64,000 nucleotides of DNA from the IMG/VR virus record IMGVR_UViG_3300046170_000325, one strand, 5' to 3'. A program made the translations under genes and the position numbers. Below, piece by piece: positions 1 through 11,404 of the stretch. This DNA comes from an uncultured virus (IMG/VR IMGVR_UViG_3300046170_000325). Lineage: Duplodnaviria > Heunggongvirae > Uroviricota > Caudoviricetes. Below the pieces are notes generated by a model. It made no database searches. It had not been told where the DNA came from and saw only the letters and a program-made list of their open reading frames with translations. Positions within the stretch are counted from its first letter, which is position 1; each line of letters begins with the position of its first letter.

Positions 1-1379
1 TCTTGTTGGGGCCTCATGTCGTTTATCCTTTTGATTTTTGCGCCCAATAGTTCATAAGCACTTTGTCTATCGATAGTTTTATTGTATTTTTTTGAAAGTT
101 TAGATGAATTACAAAGTTCAAATAATTCATCGGGGTTCAAAATATCCATTTGGCTTTTTGGGGCCCGCATCAATGCAGCACTCAGAGGAGTTGGACGGCC
201 TTTTTCGTCCAAGGCGGTTACCAATGCTTCACCAATACCCATCGTAGTAAGAGTTTTTTCTGTGTTAAAAAATGAAGTTTCAGGATAGTTCTGCGCAGTA
301 AGTTTTATGTTTTTACGATCTTTAGCAGTAAAGGCGCGCAAAGCATGTTGAACTTTTAAGCCCAACTGTCCAAGAATATTTTCTGGAACATCACTTGGGT
401 TTTGCGTTACAAAATAAATCCCTATGCCTTTACTTCGAATAAGCTTAATTGTGTACTCAATTTGATCTAAAAGCTGTTTTGAGGCTTCATTAAAAATCAA
501 ATGCGCTTCATCGATAAACATTACCAGTTTTGGTTTGTCTATATCTCCAGTTTCGGGAAAGCTTTCAAAAAGCTCCGCCAAAAGACTGAGCATAAATGTT
601 GAAAATAACTTGGGTTTGTTTTGTATATCATCTAGCCTTATGATGTTAATATACCCTGCGCCAGTAGATGTATAGCGCACAAAATCATTGACGGCGAAAC
701 TTTCTTCTCCAAAAAACAAATCTGCACCTTGTTGTTCTAACTCAATAATACGTCTCAAAATAGCACCAGTTGAGGTCTTTGAAATTCGACCATAGGCAGA
801 TTGAAACTCTTTCTTCCCTTCATTGGTTGCAAAGTTTAGTATGGCTTTAAAATCTTTTAAATCTAATAATGGAAGTTTATGATCGTCGCAGAACTTGAAC
901 AGAACAGAGACTATTCCTGACTGTATTTCAGTTAAGTTTAAGATTCTAGAAATAAGTATGGGTCCGAATTCACTTACTGTTGCTCTCAAGCGAACACCAT
1001 TTTGTGCTGAAATTGAAAAGAATTCAACTGGATAACCTTTTGGAGTGAAAGGGAGTCCAATTGCCTTGTGCCGCTCGTCAATTTTTGGATGTCCAGCGCT
1101 AGGTTTGGCTAATCCGCTCAAATCACCTTTTATGTCCATAAGGACAACGGGCACTCCTTTTTCGCTTAATTGCTCTGCTAAAATTTGAAGTGTTTTTGTT
1201 TTTCCTGTACCTGTAGCGCCTGCAATGAGTCCATGCCTGTTCATGGTTTTTAATGGAACTTTTACAAAAGCCTTTGATAAGGTGTGTTGGTTAAGTGTGG
1301 CTGCACCCAAGGAAATGGCTTCACCTTCGAATGTGTTTCCGCGTACAATATGATTGTAGAATTCTTTTTTTGATGTCAT
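1..1379 (-). CDS. HerA-like / DUF853 (YjgR-family) P-loop ATPase, runs off the left edge of the window
   Basis: Missing from the ORF track; my translation from ATG 1379 reads MTSKKEFYNH...TMNRHGLIAGATGTGKTKTLQ...MDIKGDLSG (Walker A) and later FIDEAHLIF (Walker B). Confidence 0.85.
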   Translation of the reverse strand, partial: MTSKKEFYNHIVRGNTFEGEAISLGAATLNQHTLSKAFVKVPLKTMNRHGLIAGATGTGKTKTLQILAEQLSEKGVPVVLMDIKGDLSGLAKPSAGHPKIDERHKAIGLPFTPKGYPVEFFSISAQNGVRLRATVSEFGPILISRILNLTEIQSGIVSVLFKFCDDHKLPLLDLKDFKAILNFATNEGKKEFQSAYGRISKTSTGAILRRIIELEQQGADLFFGEESFAVNDFVRYTSTGAGYINIIRLDDIQNKPKLFSTFMLSLLAELFESFPETGDIDKPKLVMFIDEAHLIFNEASKQLLDQIEYTIKLIRSKGIGIYFVTQNPSDVPENILGQLGLKVQHALRAFTAKDRKNIKLTAQNYPETSFFNTEKTLTTMGIGEALVTALDEKGRPTPLSAALMRAPKSQMDILNPDELFELCNSSKLSKKYNKTIDRQSAYELLGAKIKRINDMRPQQ

Positions 1380-1452
1380 AACAAGTAGGTTACAGTAAAA
1401 TAAATGAAGTTTTTTTACTTAAACAAAAATCTGTAAGCTATTTTTGCATACT

Positions 1453-2085
1453 ATGCTAAAATCTGAAATTCAAAAACTTGTCGACGCTGGTCAAATGCTG
1501 CCATTGATGGAGGCATTTTATACCATTCAAGGCGAAGGATACCACAAAGGAACTGCAGCTTATTTTATTCGTGTTGGCGGTTGTGATGTGGGTTGTCATT
1601 GGTGTGATGTAAAAGAGAGTTGGGATGCTCAATTGCACCCGCCGACTTCAATTGACACTATAGCCAGTCAAGCAGCAGAATTTAGCGACACCATAGTGGT
1701 CACTGGAGGTGAGCCACTTATGTGGGACATGGCTCCATTAACTTACTTGCTTAAACAGCATCAACTCAAAACCCATATCGAAACTTCAGGGGCTTATAAT
1801 TTAACTGGTGACTGGGACTGGATCTGTCTTTCGCCAAAAAAACGAAAACTTCCGATCGAACATGTGTACTCTAAAGCCAATGAATTGAAAGTTATAATCT
1901 ACAACAAGGACGATTTTAGATTTGCCGAGCAACAAGCGGAAAAGGTTGCTCAAGATTGTGTGCTGTATCTCCAGCCAGAATGGAGTGTGCGTGAAAAAGT
2001 AACCCCTTTCATTGTAGATTATGTTATGAAGAACCCAAAATGGAAAATTTCTCTTCAAACACATAAGTATTTGAATATTCCATAG
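1453..2085 (+). CDS. queE: 7-carboxy-7-deazaguanine synthase (radical SAM)
   Basis: FYTIQGEG, CxxxCxxCD (GCDVGCHWCD), TGGEP, HIETSG, SLQTHKYLNIP; ATG 1453 follows a TAnnTTTG box at 1439-1446. Confidence 0.93.
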   Translation: MLKSEIQKLVDAGQMLPLMEAFYTIQGEGYHKGTAAYFIRVGGCDVGCHWCDVKESWDAQLHPPTSIDTIASQAAEFSDTIVVTGGEPLMWDMAPLTYLLKQHQLKTHIETSGAYNLTGDWDWICLSPKKRKLPIEHVYSKANELKVIIYNKDDFRFAEQQAEKVAQDCVLYLQPEWSVREKVTPFIVDYVMKNPKWKISLQTHKYLNIP

Positions 2086-2260
2086 GTTTTTAGGTCTTAA
2101 TTCTTACATAATAAAACATTAATGCCCTTTTAGTTTAATTTTAATTATTATTTAATCTTTATTTTTTAAAAATAATAATAATTTGAAATCAATTTACTCA
2201 TAATCATTTATAAATTGTAAGTTTTAATCATATTTGCAAAGTAATTTTAAAAGATATGTC

Positions 2261-3925
2261 ATGTGCGGAATAGTTTGTGCCTTTGATTTAAAAGAAAAAA
2301 GTGAAGTTTTAAGACCTAAAATCCTGGAGATGTCAAAGAAAATTAGACATCGCGGACCAGACTGGAGTGGGGTGTTTGATAGCGACAACGCCATCATGGC
2401 GCATGAGCGTCTTGCGATCGTCGATCCAGCTTCTGGGAAACAGCCGTTGTATAGTCCAGATCAAAAATTGGTACTCGCTGCAAATGGTGAAATTTATAAC
2501 CACAGAGAATTAAGAAGCCAGTTGAATTCCAGCTACGAATTTCAGACACAAAGCGATTGTGAGATTATTCTTGCGCTCTACAAAGAAAAAGGGGTTGATT
2601 TTATTGATGATCTCAATGGAATTTTTGGTTTTGCTATTTATGATACAGATAATGATTCTTATTTCATTGCCCGCGACCACATGGGTATTATCCCATTGTA
2701 CATAGGATGGGATAAAAACGGAACTTTTTATGTTGCTTCTGAGCTCAAGGCTTTAGAATCTGTATGTACTAAAATTGAATTATTCCCACCGGGTCACTTT
2801 TTAGACAGTAGAGATGGTGCGTTTGTAAAATGGTATAATAGGGATTGGAGCGATTATGATGCTGTCAAATCAAATGAAACAAGCATTAAAGAAATCAAAG
2901 AGGCTTTAGAAGCAGCAGTGCGTCGTCAATTGATGAGTGATGTCCCTTATGGCGTTCTACTTTCCGGTGGTTTGGATTCTTCTGTTACCTCGGCTATTGC
3001 TAAAAAATATGCTCAAAAAAGAGTTGAATCCGGAGATACAACAGATGCTTGGTGGCCTCAATTACATTCATTTTCAGTGGGCTTGGAAGGTTCTCCAGAT
3101 TTGGCAGCAGCACAGAAGGTTGCTGACCACATAGGTACAGTTCATCATGAGATAAAATTCACTATTCAAGAGGGGCTGGATGCCATAAAAGATGTGGTTT
3201 ATAACTTGGAGACATACGATACAACAACAATTCGGGCAAGTACGCCAATGTATTTAATGGCCAGAGTGATAAAGTCTATGGGAATCAAAATGGTGCTTTC
3301 TGGTGAAGGTGCTGACGAGCTTTTCGGGGGGTATCTGTATTTTCATAAGGCGCCAAATGCAGAAGAATTTCATCAAGAAACAGTTAGAAAGTTAGATAAA
3401 TTGCACATGTACGATTGTTTGCGTGCCAACAAAAGCTTAGCAGCTTGGGGTATAGAGGGTCGTGTACCCTTTCTAGACAAAGAATTTATGGATGTAGCAA
3501 TGCGGATCAATCCACAAGACAAAATGATTAACGGAGAACGTATGGAAAAATGGGTGGTACGTAAAGCATTTGAAGACATGCTTCCCAATAGTGTAGCGTG
3601 GCGACAAAAAGAACAATTTAGTGACGGAGTTGGGTACAGTTGGATTGATACTTTAAAAGAAGTTGTTGATAAAGAAGTTAGTGATGAGCAAATGAAAAAT
3701 GCCCATTTTAGATTCCCTGTACAAACCCCACTTAACAAAGAAGAGTTTTACTACCGAACACTGTTTGAAGCTCATTTTCCTAGTGAAGCAGCAGCGCTTT
3801 GTGTGCCGCAGGAACCAAGTGTTGCATGTAGCACTAAAATTGCTTTAGAATGGGACGAGGCATTTAAAAACCTAAACGATCCAAGTGGTCGTGCAGTTGC
3901 TAAAGTTCATGATGATGCCTATTAA
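2261..3925 (+). CDS. asnB: Asparagine synthase B (glutamine-hydrolysing)
   Basis: N-terminal MCGIV (Ntn cysteine) at ATG 2261, RHRGPDWSG, HERLAIVD, NGEIYNH, LLSGGLDSS, SGEGADE. Confidence 0.96.
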   Translation: MCGIVCAFDLKEKSEVLRPKILEMSKKIRHRGPDWSGVFDSDNAIMAHERLAIVDPASGKQPLYSPDQKLVLAANGEIYNHRELRSQLNSSYEFQTQSDCEIILALYKEKGVDFIDDLNGIFGFAIYDTDNDSYFIARDHMGIIPLYIGWDKNGTFYVASELKALESVCTKIELFPPGHFLDSRDGAFVKWYNRDWSDYDAVKSNETSIKEIKEALEAAVRRQLMSDVPYGVLLSGGLDSSVTSAIAKKYAQKRVESGDTTDAWWPQLHSFSVGLEGSPDLAAAQKVADHIGTVHHEIKFTIQEGLDAIKDVVYNLETYDTTTIRASTPMYLMARVIKSMGIKMVLSGEGADELFGGYLYFHKAPNAEEFHQETVRKLDKLHMYDCLRANKSLAAWGIEGRVPFLDKEFMDVAMRINPQDKMINGERMEKWVVRKAFEDMLPNSVAWRQKEQFSDGVGYSWIDTLKEVVDKEVSDEQMKNAHFRFPVQTPLNKEEFYYRTLFEAHFPSEAAALCVPQEPSVACSTKIALEWDEAFKNLNDPSGRAVAKVHDDAY

Positions 3926-3964
3926 TTTTGAAAATTAAAAGCAACTAATTTATTTATTTTACAA

Positions 3965-4978
3965 TTACTGTTTTATTATTTTTTTGATGTATTTTCGATC
4001 AGAATCTGTTTCAAGCACTACGAAATAAAGGCCTCTTTTTAACTTGTTTGTTGGTAGGTCTACTGGGTTTGTTTTGGTATGGTATATGGTTTGCCCTATG
4101 AGGTTTAAAATCTTTAGCGAAACAATATTAATATCCTTGTCGATTTTGATATTTGTAACGTCTTTGACGGGGTTAGGGTAAATAACTATACCCTCCAGTC
4201 TTTGTGGAGTTTTAACCGATAGCGTGTATTGATTATTTGCTTCAAAACTTTTTGAATTTTGATTACCCAGCAAAGTTGAAACAAGGCTCACGTCGTTGGT
4301 TCTAAAGGCGATATTATCTTCACTACTATCGTAGTAGTAATAGGATAATTGATTGACTGTAGCTACAGGAGCAAAGGGATTTACAGCTACAAATAAATTC
4401 AAATTTTGTACAACTTTTAAGCGCGTTACCCCGCGATTGAAGTTACCTCCGGAGTTGTCGCTCAAACTTAGATTTCCGTGTGCATCTACTTCAGCTGTAA
4501 AGGTGCCAGTGAAAGTGCCGTTGGTGCCATCATAGCTAAATGTTCCTGAAACAGGCCCTGAATTTTGGGTGTTAAATGACATGGGAAATTCGCCAACATA
4601 TGCATTTTCACCACTGTAATTCAAAGTTATACCCTCTTGAGTTGCGCCAGTTATGTAAGTGGCATTAGCAGCGTGCTTAAGGAATAGTTTTCTTTCAGCT
4701 GGAGGGCTTAATTGCTGAACTGTTAATACTTCAGTTGTTCCTTGGAATGTATTTTGCTCATCGGCATTGGGGACGCTGTAGTTATCTGTATTTTCACCAA
4801 TTCTGTTCAAGTTGCTAAAACTCCAATTCGAACCTGAGCCGGAGGGCGTTTGATCAATTGTAGAAGTAGGATCGTAAATTAAAAATTTGGATCCATCGAC
4901 TGTGTTAAACGTTTCTATTTCCTGACAGAAACATAGATTAATAAAAAAAATAGAAAAAAAAAGTAAAAGTGTTTTCAT
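3965..4978 (-). CDS. Secreted protein with T9SS type A C-terminal sorting domain
   Basis: Signal peptide MKTLLLFFSIFFINLCFCQ; C-terminus IYPNPVKD...ILNLIGQ...LKRGLYFVVL...KKIIK; TAnnTTTG box on the minus strand at 5016-5023. Confidence 0.88.
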   Translation of the reverse strand: MKTLLLFFSIFFINLCFCQEIETFNTVDGSKFLIYDPTSTIDQTPSGSGSNWSFSNLNRIGENTDNYSVPNADEQNTFQGTTEVLTVQQLSPPAERKLFLKHAANATYITGATQEGITLNYSGENAYVGEFPMSFNTQNSGPVSGTFSYDGTNGTFTGTFTAEVDAHGNLSLSDNSGGNFNRGVTRLKVVQNLNLFVAVNPFAPVATVNQLSYYYYDSSEDNIAFRTNDVSLVSTLLGNQNSKSFEANNQYTLSVKTPQRLEGIVIYPNPVKDVTNIKIDKDINIVSLKILNLIGQTIYHTKTNPVDLPTNKLKRGLYFVVLETDSDRKYIKKIIKQ

Positions 4979-5220
4979 AGTAGGTGTTTTTGAGTTCAAA
5001 TAATATTTGGGTACTCAAATTTATAAAAAAAATCACTTCAAATCAAGCTGTTTTAAGGTCTTTGATTAAAATTAGGCGGTTGGCATTAAACTTAGCGGTA
5101 CGGATTTCAATTTTAAGCCCTATTTTAGGCTGTTTAAGGCCGTTTTTCAAAATACGCGAAATGTTAATAATTTCAACTAAAATTATGTTAGAAAACCATC
5201 TTTAAAAGCAAGTGAATTTT

Positions 5221-5228
5221 TATATTTG
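5221..5228 (+). promoter_or_regulatory. Bacteroidota-type -7 promoter box (TAnnTTTG) for gyrB
   Basis: TATATTTG about 40 bp upstream of the gyrB ATG; A/T-rich leader with no SD. Confidence 0.6.
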
Positions 5229-5242
5229 TAAGGCAACCATAA

Positions 5243-7353
<2,111 letters not shown>

Positions 7354-7370
7354 AAAAAAAAATCAGACAT

Positions 7371-7397
7371 AAAAAAAGAGGGCCTTGCGGCCCCCTT
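7371..7397 (-). terminator. Rho-independent terminator
   Basis: Minus-strand RNA AGGGGGCC-GCAA-GGCCCUCU followed by a U tract; GNRA loop. Confidence 0.85.
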
Positions 7398-7483
7398 CAG
7401 TGTATCTAAGTTTTGGAGAACTTAAAGTCTATGGATATAGACATGGCGAATGATACTACCCCGCCTGGAAATTGTAAAGTTTC

Positions 7484-7654
7484 TCATTCTTCCCCCTTAA
7501 AAAAGATCAGAACGCAGATCCCAAATACAGCTCCGCATATAAAAATTGCGAGTGCTGGAATGATAGCAACATAATGACCTGTTAATGTGATCGGAACCAT
7601 GACAGCTAATGCCGCCATGATCCCATTGATAGTTCCGATTTTTAGATCCTTCAT
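7484..7654 (-). CDS. 56-aa protein with two predicted transmembrane segments (early region)
   Basis: My translation: MKDLKIGTINGIMAALAVMVPITLTGHYVAIIPALAIFICGAVFGICVLIFFKGEE; TAATG coupling to the upstream gene. Confidence 0.65.
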   Translation of the reverse strand: MKDLKIGTINGIMAALAVMVPITLTGHYVAIIPALAIFICGAVFGICVLIFFKGEE

Positions 7655-8073
7655 TATGCCACCTCTGAACAGTCATAAAACATATTACAGATCATAGCCG
7701 TATATGAATCTTCGGGAACTTCTACACAAGCACCATCAAACCAATCCATATACCAATACTCAGTAAGGTTTGAATAGATCCTGCATTCATCACTAGGCCC
7801 ACCCCATGAAAATTGAAGCCTATAATATCCAGCGTTTTTTCCGTCAGCTTCTACGTGATCCCAACTTAACGCCGTCTGATTTACATAATCAAATAGATCC
7901 TCGTATTCGTGGTAATAGTTGCCTTTGTGTTTATCAACAGCAATCAGAGCTATTTGCTCTCCTTCTGTTGCATTTTCGTATTCTTCAAAAAATTCTGACG
8001 CGGCTTTAAAGTCTGCTTCAGTCTCATTGAATTTTTCTTGTACTAGATCAGCACATTTTTTTTCTTGTTCCAT
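7654..8073 (-). CDS. Acidic early phage hypothetical protein (xQFSWGGPSDExR motif)
   Basis: SD GGAGAAC before the ATG; own promoter at 8115-8142. Confidence 0.75.
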   Translation of the reverse strand: MEQEKKCADLVQEKFNETEADFKAASEFFEEYENATEGEQIALIAVDKHKGNYYHEYEDLFDYVNQTALSWDHVEADGKNAGYYRLQFSWGGPSDECRIYSNLTEYWYMDWFDGACVEVPEDSYTAMICNMFYDCSEVA

Positions 8074-8114
8074 TGTTAAGTTCTCCTGCTTTCGCTTATT
8101 ATTTAACAGCTTTA

Positions 8115-8142
8115 ATTATAGCATTTTACCTACACATTACAA
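8115..8142 (-). promoter_or_regulatory. sigma70-type early promoter
   Basis: Minus strand TTGTAA-16 bp-TATAAT with an extended -10 (TGc). Confidence 0.75.
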
Positions 8143-8182
8143 GCATTGAATGATCTGCTTGGGATTTGATCGGATCGGAAAC

Positions 8183-8253
8183 TTGCGGCCTCCTGCGTAG
8201 ATCAAAAACTTTGCGACCTATTGCGTACTAAATAAACTTGCGTCCGATTGCGT
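8183..8253. repeat. Array 2 of TTGCG-N6-TGCGT motifs
   Basis: Three perfect copies starting at 8183, 8211 and 8238 (28 and 27 bp spacing). Confidence 0.85.
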
Positions 8254-8274
8254 AAGGATCTAAATTCCAGGAAT

Positions 8275-8299
8275 AAAAAAAGGGAGCTTCTCAGCTCCC
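8275..8299 (-). terminator. Rho-independent terminator
   Basis: Minus-strand GGGAGCU-GAGA-AGCUCCC followed by a U tract. Confidence 0.88.
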
Positions 8300-8318
8300 C
8301 GTGTTAGGCCCCCCAGTC

Positions 8319-8627
8319 CTATTGTGTATAAACTTCAGTAATGATGTCCTTGACTAGCACATCATATTCGAAGTCGCCTATCTCATCTTCAAACATATCA
8401 CCGCATGGTCTAAGCTGGCCGCCATCTATTTCATCCTGATTCAAGAAATATGTGTAGTCGATATGGTTGTCATCAGATTCCCACATAAAGATTTCTAACT
8501 TGCATACTTGCCCGTTGTATTTCTTTAGATAAGACAAAGATGATTTTACTTTCAATTCCAGATCAAAATACTTGCCGTTCACTTCTTCGCAAGTGAGCTT
8601 AGTATCTTCGTAAGTTTCATAGTTCAT
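8319..8627 (-). CDS. Acidic early phage hypothetical protein
   Basis: Start moved to ATG 8627 (GGAGAACTATATG). Confidence 0.65.
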   Translation of the reverse strand: MNYETYEDTKLTCEEVNGKYFDLELKVKSSLSYLKKYNGQVCKLEIFMWESDDNHIDYTYFLNQDEIDGGQLRPCGDMFEDEIGDFEYDVLVKDIITEVYTQ

Positions 8628-8652
8628 ATAGTTCTCCAGATCAGAGAGAGGC

Positions 8653-9006
8653 TTACGCCCCTCTCCTATAGTTGTCAATCTTCATTGAGATTGTTGGTTT
8701 AACTTTATAAGATTTTCTATGACTTATTGTTAAGTCAGCGAAAACCTTATCCCCCTTTAAAGTACAAGATAGCTTCTTTTTGTCGCTATCAAGTCTTGTA
8801 TCAGAAACTTCGCTCCAATGTTTCATGGTTGGTAGTTTCTTCAAGCTATCATCAGTTATTAATAACTGGCTTTTCACTTGTTCTCTTATTGATTTCATTA
8901 GAGAGTTTTTAATTCTTATTGTCTCTAAGTATTCAATAACATCAGTAGACTTAGATAGCTTACGCTCTTTAAGTCCTAGTCTTTTCAATGCGTCTAATTG
9001 ATTCAT
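8653..9006 (-). CDS. Basic early phage hypothetical protein
   Basis: Start moved to ATG 9006; leader GGAGAACTTAACAATG is identical to that of the 8073 gene. Confidence 0.65.
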   Translation of the reverse strand: MNQLDALKRLGLKERKLSKSTDVIEYLETIRIKNSLMKSIREQVKSQLLITDDSLKKLPTMKHWSEVSDTRLDSDKKKLSCTLKGDKVFADLTISHRKSYKVKPTISMKIDNYRRGA

Positions 9007-9302
9007 TGTTAAGTTCTCCATTTATCAGTAGCTTAATTGCTAACTGAACTACGTTCAGTATATATTATTTTGCACAGATTATCTACACTTTACATACATT
9101 AATGTAAATTAATTTATGGGTCTCTATTGGGTTGAATCCCGTTTTTTGAAGTCGCGTTTTGCTTAGGGGGTACCCCCACATATAGTGCCACGCGTTTTTT
9201 TTTTTGACTATATAAATAACTATCAACATAAATAATTAGAGCTTAAACCATTTCACCCCCCCTTGCTTTAATTAGGTACCATAATGGGGTACCATATTTC
9301 AC

Positions 9303-9770
9303 ATGGAGAGATTACAAGTGATTCCTATAACTTTGAAGGAAGCAAATTTATTTGTTGAAAACTTCCATAGACATAATAAAAAAGTACAAGGTGCTAGATT
9401 TTGCCTAGGTGCTAGCTATGATGATAAACTTGTAGGAGTTATTATTATTGGAAGACCAGTAGCTAGAAAATTAGATGATGGATTTACAGCAGAAGTAACT
9501 AGATCATGCGTTTTAGATGATGCTCCTAAAAATACTAATTCATTTTTATATGGAAGGAGTTGGAGAGTTTGGAATCAAATGGGCGGAAAGAGAATGATCA
9601 CCTATACATTGCAAGAAGAGTCTGGATCTACCATGAAAGCTGTGGGATGGAAAATGATAGGAGAGACTGGCGGTTGGGACAAAGGCAAAGGATGGACAAC
9701 TAGACCAGGTAGAGAATGGCAACCAGTTACAGGACAACTTAAATTTAGATGGGAAAAAAAGGCAAACTAG
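9303..9770 (+). CDS. XF1762-family protein (Mom-like / GNAT-related fold)
   Basis: PITLKEANLFVENFHRH, LVGVIIIGRPVARKLDDGFTAEVTR, ITYTLQEESGSTMKAVGW. Confidence 0.7.
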   Translation: MERLQVIPITLKEANLFVENFHRHNKKVQGARFCLGASYDDKLVGVIIIGRPVARKLDDGFTAEVTRSCVLDDAPKNTNSFLYGRSWRVWNQMGGKRMITYTLQEESGSTMKAVGWKMIGETGGWDKGKGWTTRPGREWQPVTGQLKFRWEKKAN

Positions 9771-11218
9771 AACACGTACCAGATGCCGCTCTAAAAGAGA
9801 TGGTCATGATACAAAACCGTCTCAAGCAGATGGAAGTCAGCAATGCTGCACACACAGACTTCATAGAATACGTCAAGCATGTATGGGATGGCTTCATCGA
9901 GGGCGAACATCACAAACTCTTTGCTAAGAAGCTAGAGAATGTAGCCATGGGTAAGACCAAGAGGCTGATCGTGAACATGCCACCCCGTCATACCAAGTCT
10001 GAGTTCGCATCTGTCTTCTTCCCGAGTTGGATCATGGGCTTGCATCCTGACATGAAAATAATGCAAACTACCCATACGGCAGAATTATCTGCCCGTTTTG
10101 GACGTAAGGTTAGAAACCTTATGGACACAGATGAGTACAAACAGATCTTTGAAAAAGTCAGACTCTCAGCCGATAGTAAGTCAGCAGGAAGATGGGAAAC
10201 CAACCATGGCGGAGAATATTTCGCAGCGGGAGTCGGTGGAGCAATTACGGGAAGAGGTGCTGACCTCCTTATCATTGACGATCCTCATTCGGAACAGGAT
10301 GCCCTCTCACCCTCCGCACTAGAGTCTGCATACGAGTGGTACACCTCGGGGCCGCGACAGCGTTTACAGCCTGGCGGAATCATAGTTATTGTTATGACGC
10401 GTTGGAGTACGCTTGATCTTACTGAGAAGCTCATCAAAAGAATGTCAGAAGACCACGCAGATCAGTGGGATATATTAGAATTACCTGCGATATTAGAGGA
10501 TAATACACCTTTATGGCCCGAGTTTTGGAAGATTGAGGAGCTCGAGTCTGTTAAGGCTTCGATCCCTATATCTAAGTGGAATGCTCAGTATATGCAGAAT
10601 CCTACCAGTGAAGAGGGTGCTTTGCTTAAGCGAGACTGGTGGCAGAAATGGGAACACGATGAACCGCCCAACACCACCTACATATTACAGTCCTACGATA
10701 CCGCGTTTAGTTCTAAGGAGACAGCTGACTATTCTGCGATTACCACATGGGGCGTGTTCCGTCCTAGCGATGGTGCTCCTGAATCTATTATCTTGCTCGA
10801 TGCTAGAAAAGGACGCTGGGACTTTCCTGAGTTGAAGACTACAGCCTATGATGAATTTATGTCTTGGCAACCTGACATAGTGTTGGTAGAATCTCAAGCA
10901 AGTGGTACACCTTTGACGCATGAGTTGAGGATGATGGGAATCCCAGTTGTGAACTATCGCCCGACCAAAGGAAGAGACAAAGTTACTCGTGTACATTCAG
11001 CTTCGCCAGTGTTTGAAGCAGGTATGGTTTGGGCTCCAGATACGATCTTCGCAGAAGAAGTGATAGAAGAATGTGCGGCTTTCCCATTTGGAGAGCATGA
11101 TGATTTTGTAGATTCAACAACACAGGCTATACTAAGATTTCGTCAAGGTAATTTTATAAGATTGGACTCAGACGAGGAAGACGATGAGCCCATACCTAGA
11201 CAAAGAATTTATTATTAG
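9749..11218 (+). CDS. Terminase large subunit
   Basis: NMPPRHTKS (Walker A variant), LLIIDDPH (Walker B), VMTRW, QSYDTAF and HDDFVDSTTQA nuclease motifs. Confidence 0.95.
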   Translation: MGKKGKLEHVPDAALKEMVMIQNRLKQMEVSNAAHTDFIEYVKHVWDGFIEGEHHKLFAKKLENVAMGKTKRLIVNMPPRHTKSEFASVFFPSWIMGLHPDMKIMQTTHTAELSARFGRKVRNLMDTDEYKQIFEKVRLSADSKSAGRWETNHGGEYFAAGVGGAITGRGADLLIIDDPHSEQDALSPSALESAYEWYTSGPRQRLQPGGIIVIVMTRWSTLDLTEKLIKRMSEDHADQWDILELPAILEDNTPLWPEFWKIEELESVKASIPISKWNAQYMQNPTSEEGALLKRDWWQKWEHDEPPNTTYILQSYDTAFSSKETADYSAITTWGVFRPSDGAPESIILLDARKGRWDFPELKTTAYDEFMSWQPDIVLVESQASGTPLTHELRMMGIPVVNYRPTKGRDKVTRVHSASPVFEAGMVWAPDTIFAEEVIEECAAFPFGEHDDFVDSTTQAILRFRQGNFIRLDSDEEDDEPIPRQRIYY

Positions 11219-11223
11219 GAGAC

Positions 11224-11403
11224 ATGATGGGTAAAGCAAAAGGAATTAAAGAGGCCGCTAATAAATTAAAGACTAGGATATACGATAAACAAAACAGACT
11301 TCAACAAGATTCTCCATATTTAACTAGTAAAACTATTAACAAAGAATCTAAAGAAATACTTGAAATGAAAAAAGAGTATATGAAGTTAACAAAAGGCAAA
11401 TAG
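11224..11403 (+). CDS. 59-aa basic hypothetical protein
   Basis: My translation MMGKAKGIKEAANKLK...; SD AGGAG; fills the terL-portal gap. Confidence 0.55.
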   Translation: MMGKAKGIKEAANKLKTRIYDKQNRLQQDSPYLTSKTINKESKEILEMKKEYMKLTKGK

Positions 11404-11404
11404 T

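Noticed and set aside
1453..2085. queE as part of a phage 7-deazaguanine DNA-modification system
   Set aside because: It lies on the bacterial side with a Bacteroidota promoter box; no dpdA, queC, queD or folE is present in the phage part.
8628..8678. Possible frameshift fusion of the 8653 and 8319 ORFs
   Set aside because: The downstream gene has its own GGAGAAC SD and ATG at 8627, so no fusion is needed.
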